A stretch of 64,000 bases of DNA. It comes from Bradymonadales bacterium (GTDB lineage Bacteria; Myxococcota_A; Bradymonadia; UBA4248). This document shows, piece by piece, positions 48,506-57,251 of the stretch (position 1 is its first letter; each line of letters opens with the position of its first letter). The stretch spans positions 7,559 to 71,558 of the forward strand of contig JBBAEA010000001.1 in NCBI GenBank assembly GCA_041656175.1. The letters are read 5' to 3'. The position numbers and the translations under genes were made by a program. The notes under the pieces are model-generated. The model was not told where the DNA came from. It was given only the letters and a program-made list of their open reading frames with translations, and did not search any database.

Positions 48506-48815
48506 GCAGCTTTTAGGGAAACTCTGATCAATGTAAAAATTGCCAAAAAGCAGCTAGAGCAAAATAACAAAAGTCAGGCAAGTTTTAAAATAAAGTCAAT
48601 AAAATCAATGCTCTAAGTGCAACAGCGAGTTCTAAGAGCGATAGTCCTTAGATGGGGTTTGGGGCGTATTCCGGAGATTCGATGTGGGCAAAAATCATAA
48701 AAAGCGGCTAGAGTAAAGTGTGGGAAGCTATTTTGGCTTCTTTGAACGCAGTCTAAAATTTGCATGATGCTTTTCTTAGCAAGTTGAAGCGCTAGTCCAA
48801 AATCGATCAGAGTTT
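48506..48815. repeat. MITE-like element, family 2, abutting family-1 copy 48842-48990 (upstream of lexA)
   Basis: TAGGGAAACTCTGATCAATG ... AAAATAAAGTCAATAAAATCAATG ... CTAAGAGCGATAGTCCTTAGATGGGGTTTGGGGCG ... AAATCGATCAGAGTTTG. Confidence 0.65.
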
Positions 48816-48841
48816 GTTTTTTGTGGCTGTTAAATGATGCA

Positions 48842-48990
48842 GGGGGGGTAGCGCAAGATCACCCAAAGAATCGGCGATTTAGCGCATTTTTTGCGATGGA
48901 TGCGCGGAACGAGCGCATACAGCGCAAAAAATAAAGCGCTAAACAGCCGATTATGCGGGAAGCTTGCGCGTAGGGGGGCGTGTGCCCCCC
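48842..48990. repeat. MITE-like element, family 1 (near-identical to 5342-5491)
   Basis: GGGGGGGTAGCGCAAGATCACCC ... GCGCATTTTTTGCGATGGATGCGCGGAACGAGCGCATACAGCGCAAAAAATAA ... GGGAAGCTTGCGCGTAGGGGGGcgtgtgCCCCCC. Confidence 0.9.
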
Positions 48991-49239
48991 ACAAAAAATA
49001 GATACATGCGCGTAAAAGCGAAATTCGATTAATCCGCGCAAAGCCCTCGCCTTGCGAAAACGTTGAAGCTAGCTTATGAGTTTGAGCGCTAAAGCTTCGA
49101 TGCTTCTTCACCGCAAGCGCTTGCATCTGTGAAACTTTGGAACTTGTGCAGTTTAATTTTTACAGAATAGTAACAATTATTGACCTTGCACAGCGCTGCT
49201 GATATATGTATGCGTTGGGGAGGGTTTTGGAGCATAGCT

Positions 49240-49491
49240 ATGTGGTTAAGGGTAGGCGCGCTAGTGGTGGCGCTGGCAGTATTTGCTGGCGATGCCTTTG
49301 GACAGGAAGAACTTATACTTGAGAAGCTGTATAACTTCGACGATATGTTGATCGACGGCGAATTCCGAACACCTCAAGGTATGTTTGAGCAGGCGCGCGC
49401 TGAATCGGAGTTTGATGGGGTACTCAATTTGACGCGAACATACTTGGAGCGCGTCCAGGCCGATGTGCAAGAGCAGGTGATGCGCCCTTAG
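49240..49491 (+). CDS. Small secreted hypothetical protein
   Basis: GGAG RBS 7 nt upstream. Signal peptide MWLRVGALVVALAVFAGDAFG. Lies 30 bp upstream of the zinc-ribbon/PglI-like gene. Confidence 0.3.
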   Translation: MWLRVGALVVALAVFAGDAFGQEELILEKLYNFDDMLIDGEFRTPQGMFEQARAESEFDGVLNLTRTYLERVQADVQEQVMRP

Positions 49492-49520
49492 TAAGGTTGA
49501 GATTTTGAGGGAGAGTGTAG

Positions 49521-51131
49521 ATGAGGTTAGTTTGTAGCAGTTGTAGCGCGGATCACTGGTTGCCAGACGCGTATGTCTCAACAGGTGAGACTTGTTTGGT
49601 AAGTTGCCCCCGTTGCAGTTCATCGATTATGGCCAGTGCGGCGATGATGGACGCATCAGCGGGCGAAGCTTTGTGGTACGCGGTGCTTAACGGTGCTGAG
49701 GGCGAGTCAAGTGAAAGCCTGCAAGTTGGGCCTGTCTCGCAACAAGATATCGAAGCCTATTATCTGGCTAGTAAGCTGAGCATGGACTCCTACTTATGGC
49801 GCGATGGCTACGCTGACTGGGTACAGTTAAGCGGTGCGCCAGAGTTTGGCTATCTCAACTCCTTAGTCGAACCGGTTGGTGGGGGTGGCGAAGAAACACG
49901 CGTTGTTCTCACACAGAGCTTTGGCGGCGAGGATGCGACCCAAGCCATTGACGTGTCGGATTTAGGAGGCAGCTTCGCTCAAGCCGACCCCTACCAAGGA
50001 GGTGGTGGTTTCGCAGCTTTTGGAGCCGGCGCTATCTCCAACATGACGGGCGCGCCAGTACAGGAAGCTGTAGAAGAATTTAGCTTCGATATGAGCCCGC
50101 CCGCGAGCTCCGCCCATGATGACGGTGGCTTTGGAAGCGCGAACGATTTAGTTGGTGCGCGTAGTGAGAACTCTGTTTTGTTCAGCCTTAGCAATTTGCA
50201 GGCTGTTAGCGCGCGTGTTACCAAAGGCGCCAGTGAAACTCCCGTCACCGAAGGCTCCGGCCTCATCGACGTCAAAGCGCTCGCCGCCTCCGGCCCCTCT
50301 CCTCGCCGGCGCTCCTTTGAGCAGGAAAGCTACCAAGCCGCCCCCGCCCTTAGTGCCGCGGCTATGCTCCCGCTCGGCAACCGAAAAGACAACACCCCCA
50401 TTATTATTGCCATTGTCGCTGCCGTTGTAGTGTTCGTTGCCTTTACCATCGTGCTTATTGTTCTCTTGAGCAAAGACGACGATGCGCTCCCAGTGCAGCA
50501 AGCTCAAGTCGATATGAACGTCGATACTAGCAATTTGGGCGTAGTCGCCAAAAACACCGCTCCACCCGCTGCTGTCGCCGATGTGGACAGCGCCAAACCA
50601 AGTGAAGAGAATAAAAAGGAAGAAGCCGCGCCTGAGGCTGACAAGGACGAGAAGGCTGAGCAAGAAGCTGAGCCCGTTGAAGAGAAACAAGAGCCTGAAA
50701 AGGCAGCGGAAAAACCCGAAGCTAAACCTGCACCTAAACCTGCACCTAAACCTGCACCTAAACCTGCACCTAAACCCGCGCCCAAACCAGCGCCCAAACC
50801 CGCGCCCAAACCAGCGCCTAAACCAGCGCCCAAACCCGAACCTGCTCCCAAGCCTGCTGGGGCTACACTCAGTAAGGACGAAGTCCAATCGGTTATCCGT
50901 TCCAACTTTGGGCAAATCCGAACTTGCAGCCGCACCTCGACGCAAAAGGGTACGATGCGCGTCTCCTTCGTGATTAAGGGCAACGGCCGTGTGAGTAACG
51001 CTCGCAACCTTAGCAAGGAATTTGCCAATACTCCTACCGAATCTTGCGTTCTCAAAGTCGTTAATGGCATGAAATTTAAGGAAACTGGCGGCGCCGACAT
51101 CCCCATTACCTACCCGTTCTCTATTCAATAG
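49521..51131 (+). CDS. Zinc-ribbon (MJ0042-type) / GYF-like / TM / (PAPK)n spacer / AgmX-PglI-like C-terminal domain protein
   Basis: CSSCSADH...CPRCSS. GYF-like YLWRDGYADWVQL. One N-in TM. A 12-bp tandem repeat encoding about 10 PAPK units. The C-terminal domain is similar to that of the 20578..22521 protein (a TonB-like layout). Confidence 0.6.
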   Translation: MRLVCSSCSADHWLPDAYVSTGETCLVSCPRCSSSIMASAAMMDASAGEALWYAVLNGAEGESSESLQVGPVSQQDIEAYYLASKLSMDSYLWRDGYADWVQLSGAPEFGYLNSLVEPVGGGGEETRVVLTQSFGGEDATQAIDVSDLGGSFAQADPYQGGGGFAAFGAGAISNMTGAPVQEAVEEFSFDMSPPASSAHDDGGFGSANDLVGARSENSVLFSLSNLQAVSARVTKGASETPVTEGSGLIDVKALAASGPSPRRRSFEQESYQAAPALSAAAMLPLGNRKDNTPIIIAIVAAVVVFVAFTIVLIVLLSKDDDALPVQQAQVDMNVDTSNLGVVAKNTAPPAAVADVDSAKPSEENKKEEAAPEADKDEKAEQEAEPVEEKQEPEKAAEKPEAKPAPKPAPKPAPKPAPKPAPKPAPKPAPKPAPKPAPKPEPAPKPAGATLSKDEVQSVIRSNFGQIRTCSRTSTQKGTMRVSFVIKGNGRVSNARNLSKEFANTPTESCVLKVVNGMKFKETGGADIPITYPFSIQ

Positions 51132-51151
51132 TACGTTTTGAATTTTTTTGA

Positions 51152-51376
51152 AGGGGGCTTTTTGCCCCCTACGCGCGGGCTTCCTCGCAAAATGTGACAA
51201 CGAACGCTTTATATTGTGCGCTGTATTTGCTAGTCGCGCATCCAGCGCACAATATGCGGTTCGTAGCACATTTTGTGGAATGTGTGCCAATCCATGGCAC
51301 ACAGCCCTGCGGGCCGCCTGCGGCGTTCCCTTTCGACTTCCATGTCGAAACGAGGCGATCCCGCGCTACCCCCCCC
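51152..51376. repeat. MITE-like element, family 1 long variant (about 225 bp) with an extra internal hairpin
   Basis: GGGGGctttttgCCCCCTACGCGCGGGCTTCCTC ... TTGTGCGCTG.../...CAGCGCACAA ... TTCGACTTCCATGTCGAA hairpin ... GGCGATCCCGCGCTACCCCCCCC. Confidence 0.85.
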
Positions 51377-51513
51377 CGGTATCAGCGGCTAGCATCATCG
51401 CTTTTGCCGAGGTTACGGGGGCTTTTTTTTATGCTAAAGACACTGAACTTCCCTAAAGAGGCAAAGGGGATTGGGGAGCTAACTGTAAGATCTATAGTTC
51501 AGGACATTTCATT

Positions 51514-52443
51514 GTGAAGATCCGTCAATTTCATGTACTATTCACCGTATTCATACTATTTTTGCTCTCAAGCGCATTCCTTATCTGGATTTTCCCTCCC
51601 AGCGGCGAAGCGCGACACAAGCGGCAAAGCCCTCCCCTAGAACTCGATTTCGGTGTTGACGGAATTAGCCTTATTTCGCAAGGTACGGGAGAGCTCTATG
51701 AGCATCAATACGCGCCTTTTAACGAAAAAAGAAGCTACGCGATCAAGCTGCAACAAATCACAAAATATGTCGAAAACGGTGACACGCACTCCGTTCGTAC
51801 GACTATAAAGGCGAATGCTCGAATACAAGTTGAGCCAAAGCGAAGTGATCGCGTATTTTTGTCTTTCGATAGCTTTGAGATACACGTGTATAAGGACGAT
51901 GTGGAGGTGGATCTCGTGTCTGTGGAGTCGCTCATGGCGGGCATCGTTCTTGAACAAAGCTTTGGGGAGCAGATGGGGATGGGTCGCGCTGAACCTCTCG
52001 TTCGCATCAACCCGCAGGTAGGGCGTGTGTTGTTTTTACTCAGCGATATGATGCGAATAATCTGGTCTCCTTTGGCTAGCGAAGCAGTGGGTGCAAAAGC
52101 AGCGTGGGAGTTTTACGACAAGAGCCACGAAGAGAAGCTGTGCATCAACGCTAGCGCACGCAGTGACGTGCTTGATGTGGATGCCGACAAGCTCGAGTTA
52201 GAGCATCATTATATAGTGCAGCGCGATAAGTGTACGCAGCGCGCTAAACGTAGGAAAATGCGAGCGTTCGACGTCGCAGGCGAGGGGCAGGCAAGAGCCA
52301 CGGTTAGGATCCATAAAGGTGTAGTTCAAAGCGCTGCTGGCGAGACTCGGTATTCGAATTTTATTTATTTAGGTGATCAAAAAGAATCGAGAGCAAAACA
52401 AGAACTCAATGCAGTCTATAGCCTAGAGCTTATTGTGCAATAA
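51514..52443 (+). CDS. Hypothetical secreted protein
   Basis: N-terminal signal/TM (FHVLFTVFILFLLSSAFLIWIF). No domain assigned. Confidence 0.4.
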   Translation: MKIRQFHVLFTVFILFLLSSAFLIWIFPPSGEARHKRQSPPLELDFGVDGISLISQGTGELYEHQYAPFNEKRSYAIKLQQITKYVENGDTHSVRTTIKANARIQVEPKRSDRVFLSFDSFEIHVYKDDVEVDLVSVESLMAGIVLEQSFGEQMGMGRAEPLVRINPQVGRVLFLLSDMMRIIWSPLASEAVGAKAAWEFYDKSHEEKLCINASARSDVLDVDADKLELEHHYIVQRDKCTQRAKRRKMRAFDVAGEGQARATVRIHKGVVQSAAGETRYSNFIYLGDQKESRAKQELNAVYSLELIVQ

Positions 52444-52473
52444 TCAAATCGTAGTTTTCGCTAAACTTTTAAG

Positions 52474-53364
52474 CTACTCACGAATCTCCGCCATTACTTT
52501 TTTGAGATCACTCCAAACCATCGCTTTAACTTCGGGATTTCGTAGCACATAAGCAGGGTGGAAAGTCGGCATTACACGCACGCTGTGAAAATCAAACCAC
52601 CTACCGCGCAGCTGTACGATATTATCGGTGTTGTGACGAATAATCGCCCTAAATGCGGCTTGCCCCCAAGCAATAATGACTTTGGGCGAGACTAGGGTGA
52701 TTTCGTTCAACAAATAATACAAACAGTTGTAGTAGTAAGTTTGCGTAGGCGCTTGGTTCGTGGGACAGGTGCATTTGAGTGCGTTTGTAATATAGACCTC
52801 CTCACGACTTAAGCCCATGGCTTTAAGCATCTTGTCCATCAGCTCACCGACCTGGCCGGCGAAAATTCTGCCTTCCTCGTTCTCTTTGGGATCGAGCCCC
52901 ATGCCAAGGCACATCACTTTGGCGTCGACAGGGCCTGAGCCAAAAATAATTTTACTGCGTTTTTCGTGCAAGGCGCAGCGCGTACATGACTCGCACTCAA
53001 GCGCTAATTTTTTGAGCGCTGCTTGGCGCTCCTCGGCAGGGCGTTGATCGAGCGAAACTTCGCTTTGTGCTTTGAGCTTCTTAAAACTGCTTAAAAGTTC
53101 GCGTCTTGGTTTTGTCTCCTGCGCGCGCTCCAGGCTCGGACTTCGTTGTGCCGTGCGCGGCCGCTCACCTTGTGCTGTTACTGCGCTTCGCGCAGTGGCA
53201 GCTTGGACTGTGCTGCTTGCTAATGGACGAATTGGCACAATCGCTTCGTAGTCATATTCCTTAGCACCGAGTTCTTCTTGGTGTCTAAGCCAAGCGGCTA
53301 AGTCTTTACAAGTTTCCGCCAAGAGCAGCGTCATGGCTGCTTTATTGTCAATGATGCTCTGCAA
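52474..53364 (-). CDS. Family 4 uracil-DNA glycosylase with an about 130-aa N-terminal extension
   Basis: CxxC...FGSGP motif (ECESCTRCALHEKRSKIIFGSGP). Conserved C-terminal region of the family-4 (4Fe-4S) UDG core. Confidence 0.7.
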   Translation of the reverse strand: MQSIIDNKAAMTLLLAETCKDLAAWLRHQEELGAKEYDYEAIVPIRPLASSTVQAATARSAVTAQGERPRTAQRSPSLERAQETKPRRELLSSFKKLKAQSEVSLDQRPAEERQAALKKLALECESCTRCALHEKRSKIIFGSGPVDAKVMCLGMGLDPKENEEGRIFAGQVGELMDKMLKAMGLSREEVYITNALKCTCPTNQAPTQTYYYNCLYYLLNEITLVSPKVIIAWGQAAFRAIIRHNTDNIVQLRGRWFDFHSVRVMPTFHPAYVLRNPEVKAMVWSDLKKVMAEIRE

Positions 53365-53756
53365 AATTTACCTCTACACACGAAAGCTCGTGAGCTCTTT
53401 GGGATACTAGCAAAAATCGACTTCCCTTGCTAGACAGGCGTCGATTGACAATGCTAAGTTCGTATTTTGGCGAACCCTATGGTAGCCATATTTTATTCGT
53501 TGTGCCGTAGCACTTTATATAGGTTTTGGACGCAACTTAGTATTCTAAAACATCCTAGAGTTGAGTTTAAATTAGCGAGTTTTGTCGAGTGGTGGAATAA
53601 AATATCTTTATTTGCCGGAATGCTAGCATATTATACGCAACGGCATTCAATGCTATAAGGTGCGTATAAATGAGTTGTTCACCTTGTTTTTGCAGGGAAA
53701 TCGCTTTTCCTTGTGGAAGGCAAGAGCAGCTTAGCTTATGCCAAGGTCTGTGCGTT

Positions 53757-53784
53757 TTGGCATTGCGCGCAAAACTTATATGAT
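53757..53784 (+). promoter_or_regulatory. Putative sigma70-type promoter of glmM (-35 TTGGCA, 16 bp spacer, -10 TATGAT)
   Basis: Hexamers read directly. The predicted TSS is only about 5-10 nt from the ATG, which implies a near-leaderless mRNA. Confidence 0.35.
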
Positions 53785-53799
53785 AAAATGTGAAGGATG

Positions 53800-55161
53800 A
53801 TGACAAAAAAATATTTTGGAACAGATGGGATACGTGGTTTAGCGAATCAGGGGTCACTCACTGTGGATCTTGCGCTGCAGTTGGGTAAAGCGCTAGCGCA
53901 CTGTCTTCCCAAGCAGGGGCCTGCTTTTAAGGCGCTGATCGGTAAAGATCCCAGGCTTAGTGGCTATATGTTTGAAGCGGCTATTGCCGCAGGGGTTAAC
54001 GCTATGGGTGGCGATGTCATGTTTACGGGTCCGCTTCCCACGCCCGCGATAGCGCACCTAACCTCGAACATGCGCTGTGACGCGGGCGTGGTGATAAGTG
54101 CCTCGCACAATCCTTACCACGATAACGGGCTCAAGATCTTTGGTGCTGACGGATTTAAACTCCCCGATGAACTTGAGCATTCGCTGGAACGCTATCTAGA
54201 GGAACCGTCATTGCTTGACGCCCAATTGTCGCCGCGAAAGATCGGACGATCGCGGCGAATTGACGATGCAGCGGGGCGCTATATTTCGTTTCTCAAAATG
54301 ATTTTCCCGCGCGATTTGAGCTTACACGGCCTTAAGATTGTACTGGATTGCGCCAACGGCGCTGCGTACAAAATTGCCCCTACGGTGTTATGGGAGTTGG
54401 GGGCCGATATTATTGCGACTGGTGTTGAGCCTAATGGGTTTAATATTAATGACGGCGTTGGCGCCCTTCACCCCGAGCATTGCGCAGATTTGGTGCTAAA
54501 AACTGGCGCCGATCTTGGCATTAGCCTTGATGGAGATGCCGATAGACTTATCATGATCGATGAACGCGGCAACACGGTGGACGGCGACTTTGTCATGGCG
54601 ATCCTGGCGAAGGAATTAAAAGACGCTGGACGCCTAAACAGTAACTGTCTTGTTACCACGTTGATGAGTAATTTGGGATTGCACCATGCGATGCGTGATC
54701 ATGGCATTGAAACGATTCAAACAAAGGTGGGGGATCGTTACGTAGTCGAGGCGATGCGCGAGAAAAACCTCATCATTGGCGGCGAACAGAGTGGGCATAT
54801 CGTCTTATTCGAGCACTCCACCACTGGCGACGGACTTGTCGCAGCTCTTAAAGTACTCGCCGTCATGCAGCGAAGCGGCCAGAAACTATCCCAACTTGCC
54901 AAAATTATGCGCCGCTTCCCTCAGTGCTTGATTAACTTTAGGGTGGACTCAAAACCAGATTTCAGTTTGCTCGTAGAAAGCTCAAGTTTAATAGCAAGAT
55001 TAGAGAAAAAATACGGAGAAGATGGGAGGATACTCGTTAGATATTCGGGAACAGAGCCAAAGTGTCGCGTTATGATTGAAGGCAAGGATCAAGACGAAAT
55101 ACAGACTGACGCACAATGGGTGGCAGATACCATTGCTAAAGAAATACTTGCTCTGTCATGA
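53800..55161 (+). CDS. glmM: Phosphoglucosamine mutase
   Basis: GTDGIRG. Active-site Ser loop SASHNPYHDNGLK. DGDADR metal-binding loop. Confidence 0.9.
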   Translation: MTKKYFGTDGIRGLANQGSLTVDLALQLGKALAHCLPKQGPAFKALIGKDPRLSGYMFEAAIAAGVNAMGGDVMFTGPLPTPAIAHLTSNMRCDAGVVISASHNPYHDNGLKIFGADGFKLPDELEHSLERYLEEPSLLDAQLSPRKIGRSRRIDDAAGRYISFLKMIFPRDLSLHGLKIVLDCANGAAYKIAPTVLWELGADIIATGVEPNGFNINDGVGALHPEHCADLVLKTGADLGISLDGDADRLIMIDERGNTVDGDFVMAILAKELKDAGRLNSNCLVTTLMSNLGLHHAMRDHGIETIQTKVGDRYVVEAMREKNLIIGGEQSGHIVLFEHSTTGDGLVAALKVLAVMQRSGQKLSQLAKIMRRFPQCLINFRVDSKPDFSLLVESSSLIARLEKKYGEDGRILVRYSGTEPKCRVMIEGKDQDEIQTDAQWVADTIAKEILALS

Positions 55162-55245
55162 AGTGTACAAGCAGATAAACGACGTCGAATCATGGCTAAT
55201 TTTTAAGGTTTTCGTGTATTTACGCCGAAAAAAGCTGTTTCTAGC

Positions 55246-55275
55246 TTGACCAAATAGCGCTGAATGGCGTACAAT
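55246..55275 (+). promoter_or_regulatory. Putative sigma70-type promoter upstream of rex (-35 TTGACC, 18 bp, -10 TACAAT)
   Basis: Hexamers read directly. A TTTCGTG motif lies about 30 bp upstream. Confidence 0.35.
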
Positions 55276-55311
55276 TTGGCTAGGATTAGCAGCGAGGGGG
55301 TATAAAAAACA

Positions 55312-55944
55312 ATGAAAACGGAAATTCCAGAGCCAGCACTACTAAGAGTCCCATTATACATTCAAGCGCTAAAGCAGATCAAAGCGAGTGCGCCAAATAT
55401 GAAGACGGTGTCTGCTACGGTGCTTACCGAGAAGCTACAGCTCAACGCTTCCCAAGTACGAAAAGATCTGTCATACGCGGGATTGCTGGGTAAGCCGCGC
55501 GTAGGTTATGCGATAGACGAACTTATCGACGCACTTGAGCGCTTGGTTGGCTGGGATATGATACGTTATGCGTTTTTGGCTGGCGCTGGGCATTTGGCGG
55601 CGGCACTTTTAGCGCACGAAAAGATTGTCTCTCACGGTGTAAGAATCGTCGCTGCATTCGACAACGATCCGAATAAAATTGGGAAAAAGTTTGCCAGTGT
55701 CGATACTTATGCGATAGACATGCTTCCCTCTATGGCGCAGTCGATGAAAATTGATATTGGCATTATCGCCGTTCCCCACCAAGCAGCGCAAGATGTTGCA
55801 GATCTCATGGTAAGTGGTGGCATACGCGGGATCTGGAACTTTGCGCCTATTCGCCTTAATGTTCGCGACGATATTTTAGTGCAAAACGAAGACATTTTTT
55901 CTTCGGTTGTTTTGCTTTCCCAGCGTATACTTCCGCGTTCGTAG
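55312..55944 (+). CDS. rex: Redox-sensing transcriptional repressor Rex
   Basis: N-terminal wHTH plus a Rossmann NADH-binding domain (GAGHLAAAL). 210 aa. Confidence 0.8.
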   Translation: MKTEIPEPALLRVPLYIQALKQIKASAPNMKTVSATVLTEKLQLNASQVRKDLSYAGLLGKPRVGYAIDELIDALERLVGWDMIRYAFLAGAGHLAAALLAHEKIVSHGVRIVAAFDNDPNKIGKKFASVDTYAIDMLPSMAQSMKIDIGIIAVPHQAAQDVADLMVSGGIRGIWNFAPIRLNVRDDILVQNEDIFSSVVLLSQRILPRS

Positions 55945-56089
55945 TGCATTTGCTTGCTCGAAATTTTTCGCCGCAGCCTTTGGGGTGAGCTATCTACTTG
56001 CGGGTTTTAAGCGTTTTGGGTTGACTGCAGTTCTGGCAAAATGAAACTGGCTCTGAACGTCGCGGTTTTTATTTTTATGCGCAGCTTAG

Positions 56090-56761
56090 TTATTGCTCTT
56101 TAAACGCGAATAGCTCAAAGCGATTTTTTTCAAAACGTAGTAGCCCCTCGTTTTGTAGTTTGGCCAAAACGTTTGAGAGCGCGCTGCGGTCGACGCCAAG
56201 GTAGTCGGCTAGGGCTTGGCGATTAAAGGGGAGCTCGAAGCTGGAGCTTTGTGCCGTTCTTGCGTAGAAGCTGAGGTAGGTAAGTAGTTTTTCGCGCGTG
56301 CTACGCTGGCTTAAGATCGAGGTCTTTTCTATGCATTGGCGGTTTTTAAGCGCCATGACCGAAACGAGTTGACGCAGCATGCATGCGTTGTAGCTGCAGC
56401 AATCAATGCGGCCATCGAGTAGGCGAAGGACGTCCAAAATCATGATGAGGCTATCGCTTTGGGCTCGAACGCTAATGCTTGAGGGCAAGGCGCTGCAAGC
56501 TAAGGATTCCGCAAAAACCGCCCCAACGTGTAGTTCCGATATAATATGGCGGTTCCCCCAATAATCGATTTGTTCGATAAAGGCAAATCCCTCCAAAATA
56601 ATACCTACCCAACTGATTTTATCGCCAGTGGAAATAATATTTTGTCCCTTGGCGAAGCTTTTGGTGCTAGCGCAAAGGCAGCGTAGGGCTACCAGCACGT
56701 CTTTGATTTGCATGCCGCGGAATAGGGGTGTGTCGATTATGGTTTTGAGGTGCTTATCCAT
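56090..56761 (-). CDS. Crp/Fnr family transcriptional regulator
   Basis: cNMP-binding-like N-terminus. C-terminal HTH_Crp (TREKLLTYL...QALADYLGVDRSALSNVLAKLQNEGLL). Confidence 0.75.
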   Translation of the reverse strand: MDKHLKTIIDTPLFRGMQIKDVLVALRCLCASTKSFAKGQNIISTGDKISWVGIILEGFAFIEQIDYWGNRHIISELHVGAVFAESLACSALPSSISVRAQSDSLIMILDVLRLLDGRIDCCSYNACMLRQLVSVMALKNRQCIEKTSILSQRSTREKLLTYLSFYARTAQSSSFELPFNRQALADYLGVDRSALSNVLAKLQNEGLLRFEKNRFELFAFKEQ

Positions 56762-56953
56762 CTAATGTGTGAGCTCAGGTTGAAGAGTTGCGATTTTGAT
56801 ATGTAAGCGTGTAACTGCGCGATCTAGCGCGAAAGTGTGACTCATGAAGTTTTTTGCCTAGCGCTTTTGTAAAGTCGTTGTAGAAAGCAGTCCCTACTCA
56901 TTATGGCGCCAAGGACTGTGGTTTTCGGGCGCGCGAAGCGTGGCGAGCGCGCT

Positions 56954-57102
56954 GGGGGGTAGCGCGGGATCGCCTCCGTAAAATGCGTAATGAACGCATA
57001 TTGTGCGGTGGATGCGCGACTAGCAAATACACCGCACAATATTTTGCGTTCATTATCGCATTTTAGGAGGAAGCCCGCGCGTAGGGGGGCGTTTAGCCCC
57101 CC
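56954..57102. repeat. MITE-like element, family 1
   Basis: GGGGGGTAGCGCGGGATCGCC ... palindrome AATGCGTAATGAACGCATATTGTGCGGTGGATGCGCG...CACCGCACAATATTTTGCGTTCATTATCGCATT ... GGAGGAAGCCCGCGCGTAGGGGGGcgtttagCCCCCC. Confidence 0.9.
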
Positions 57103-57251
57103 AGCAAAGGAGTGTTAAAATAAAGTTTATTTTGCGAACATGGTGTTGGATAGTGCGAAAAAGTCATCTTGCGTGACAATTTGCGTCCATATCTTTATAT
57201 TGCGATTGCGGTATTGGGGCAAGTCCCACCGTGAACTGTGGAGACCGAGTT

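Noticed and set aside
53365-53796. Riboswitch or ribozyme upstream of glmM
   Set aside because: No recognisable glmS-ribozyme or other riboswitch consensus was found. Only a probable promoter lies very close to the start codon.
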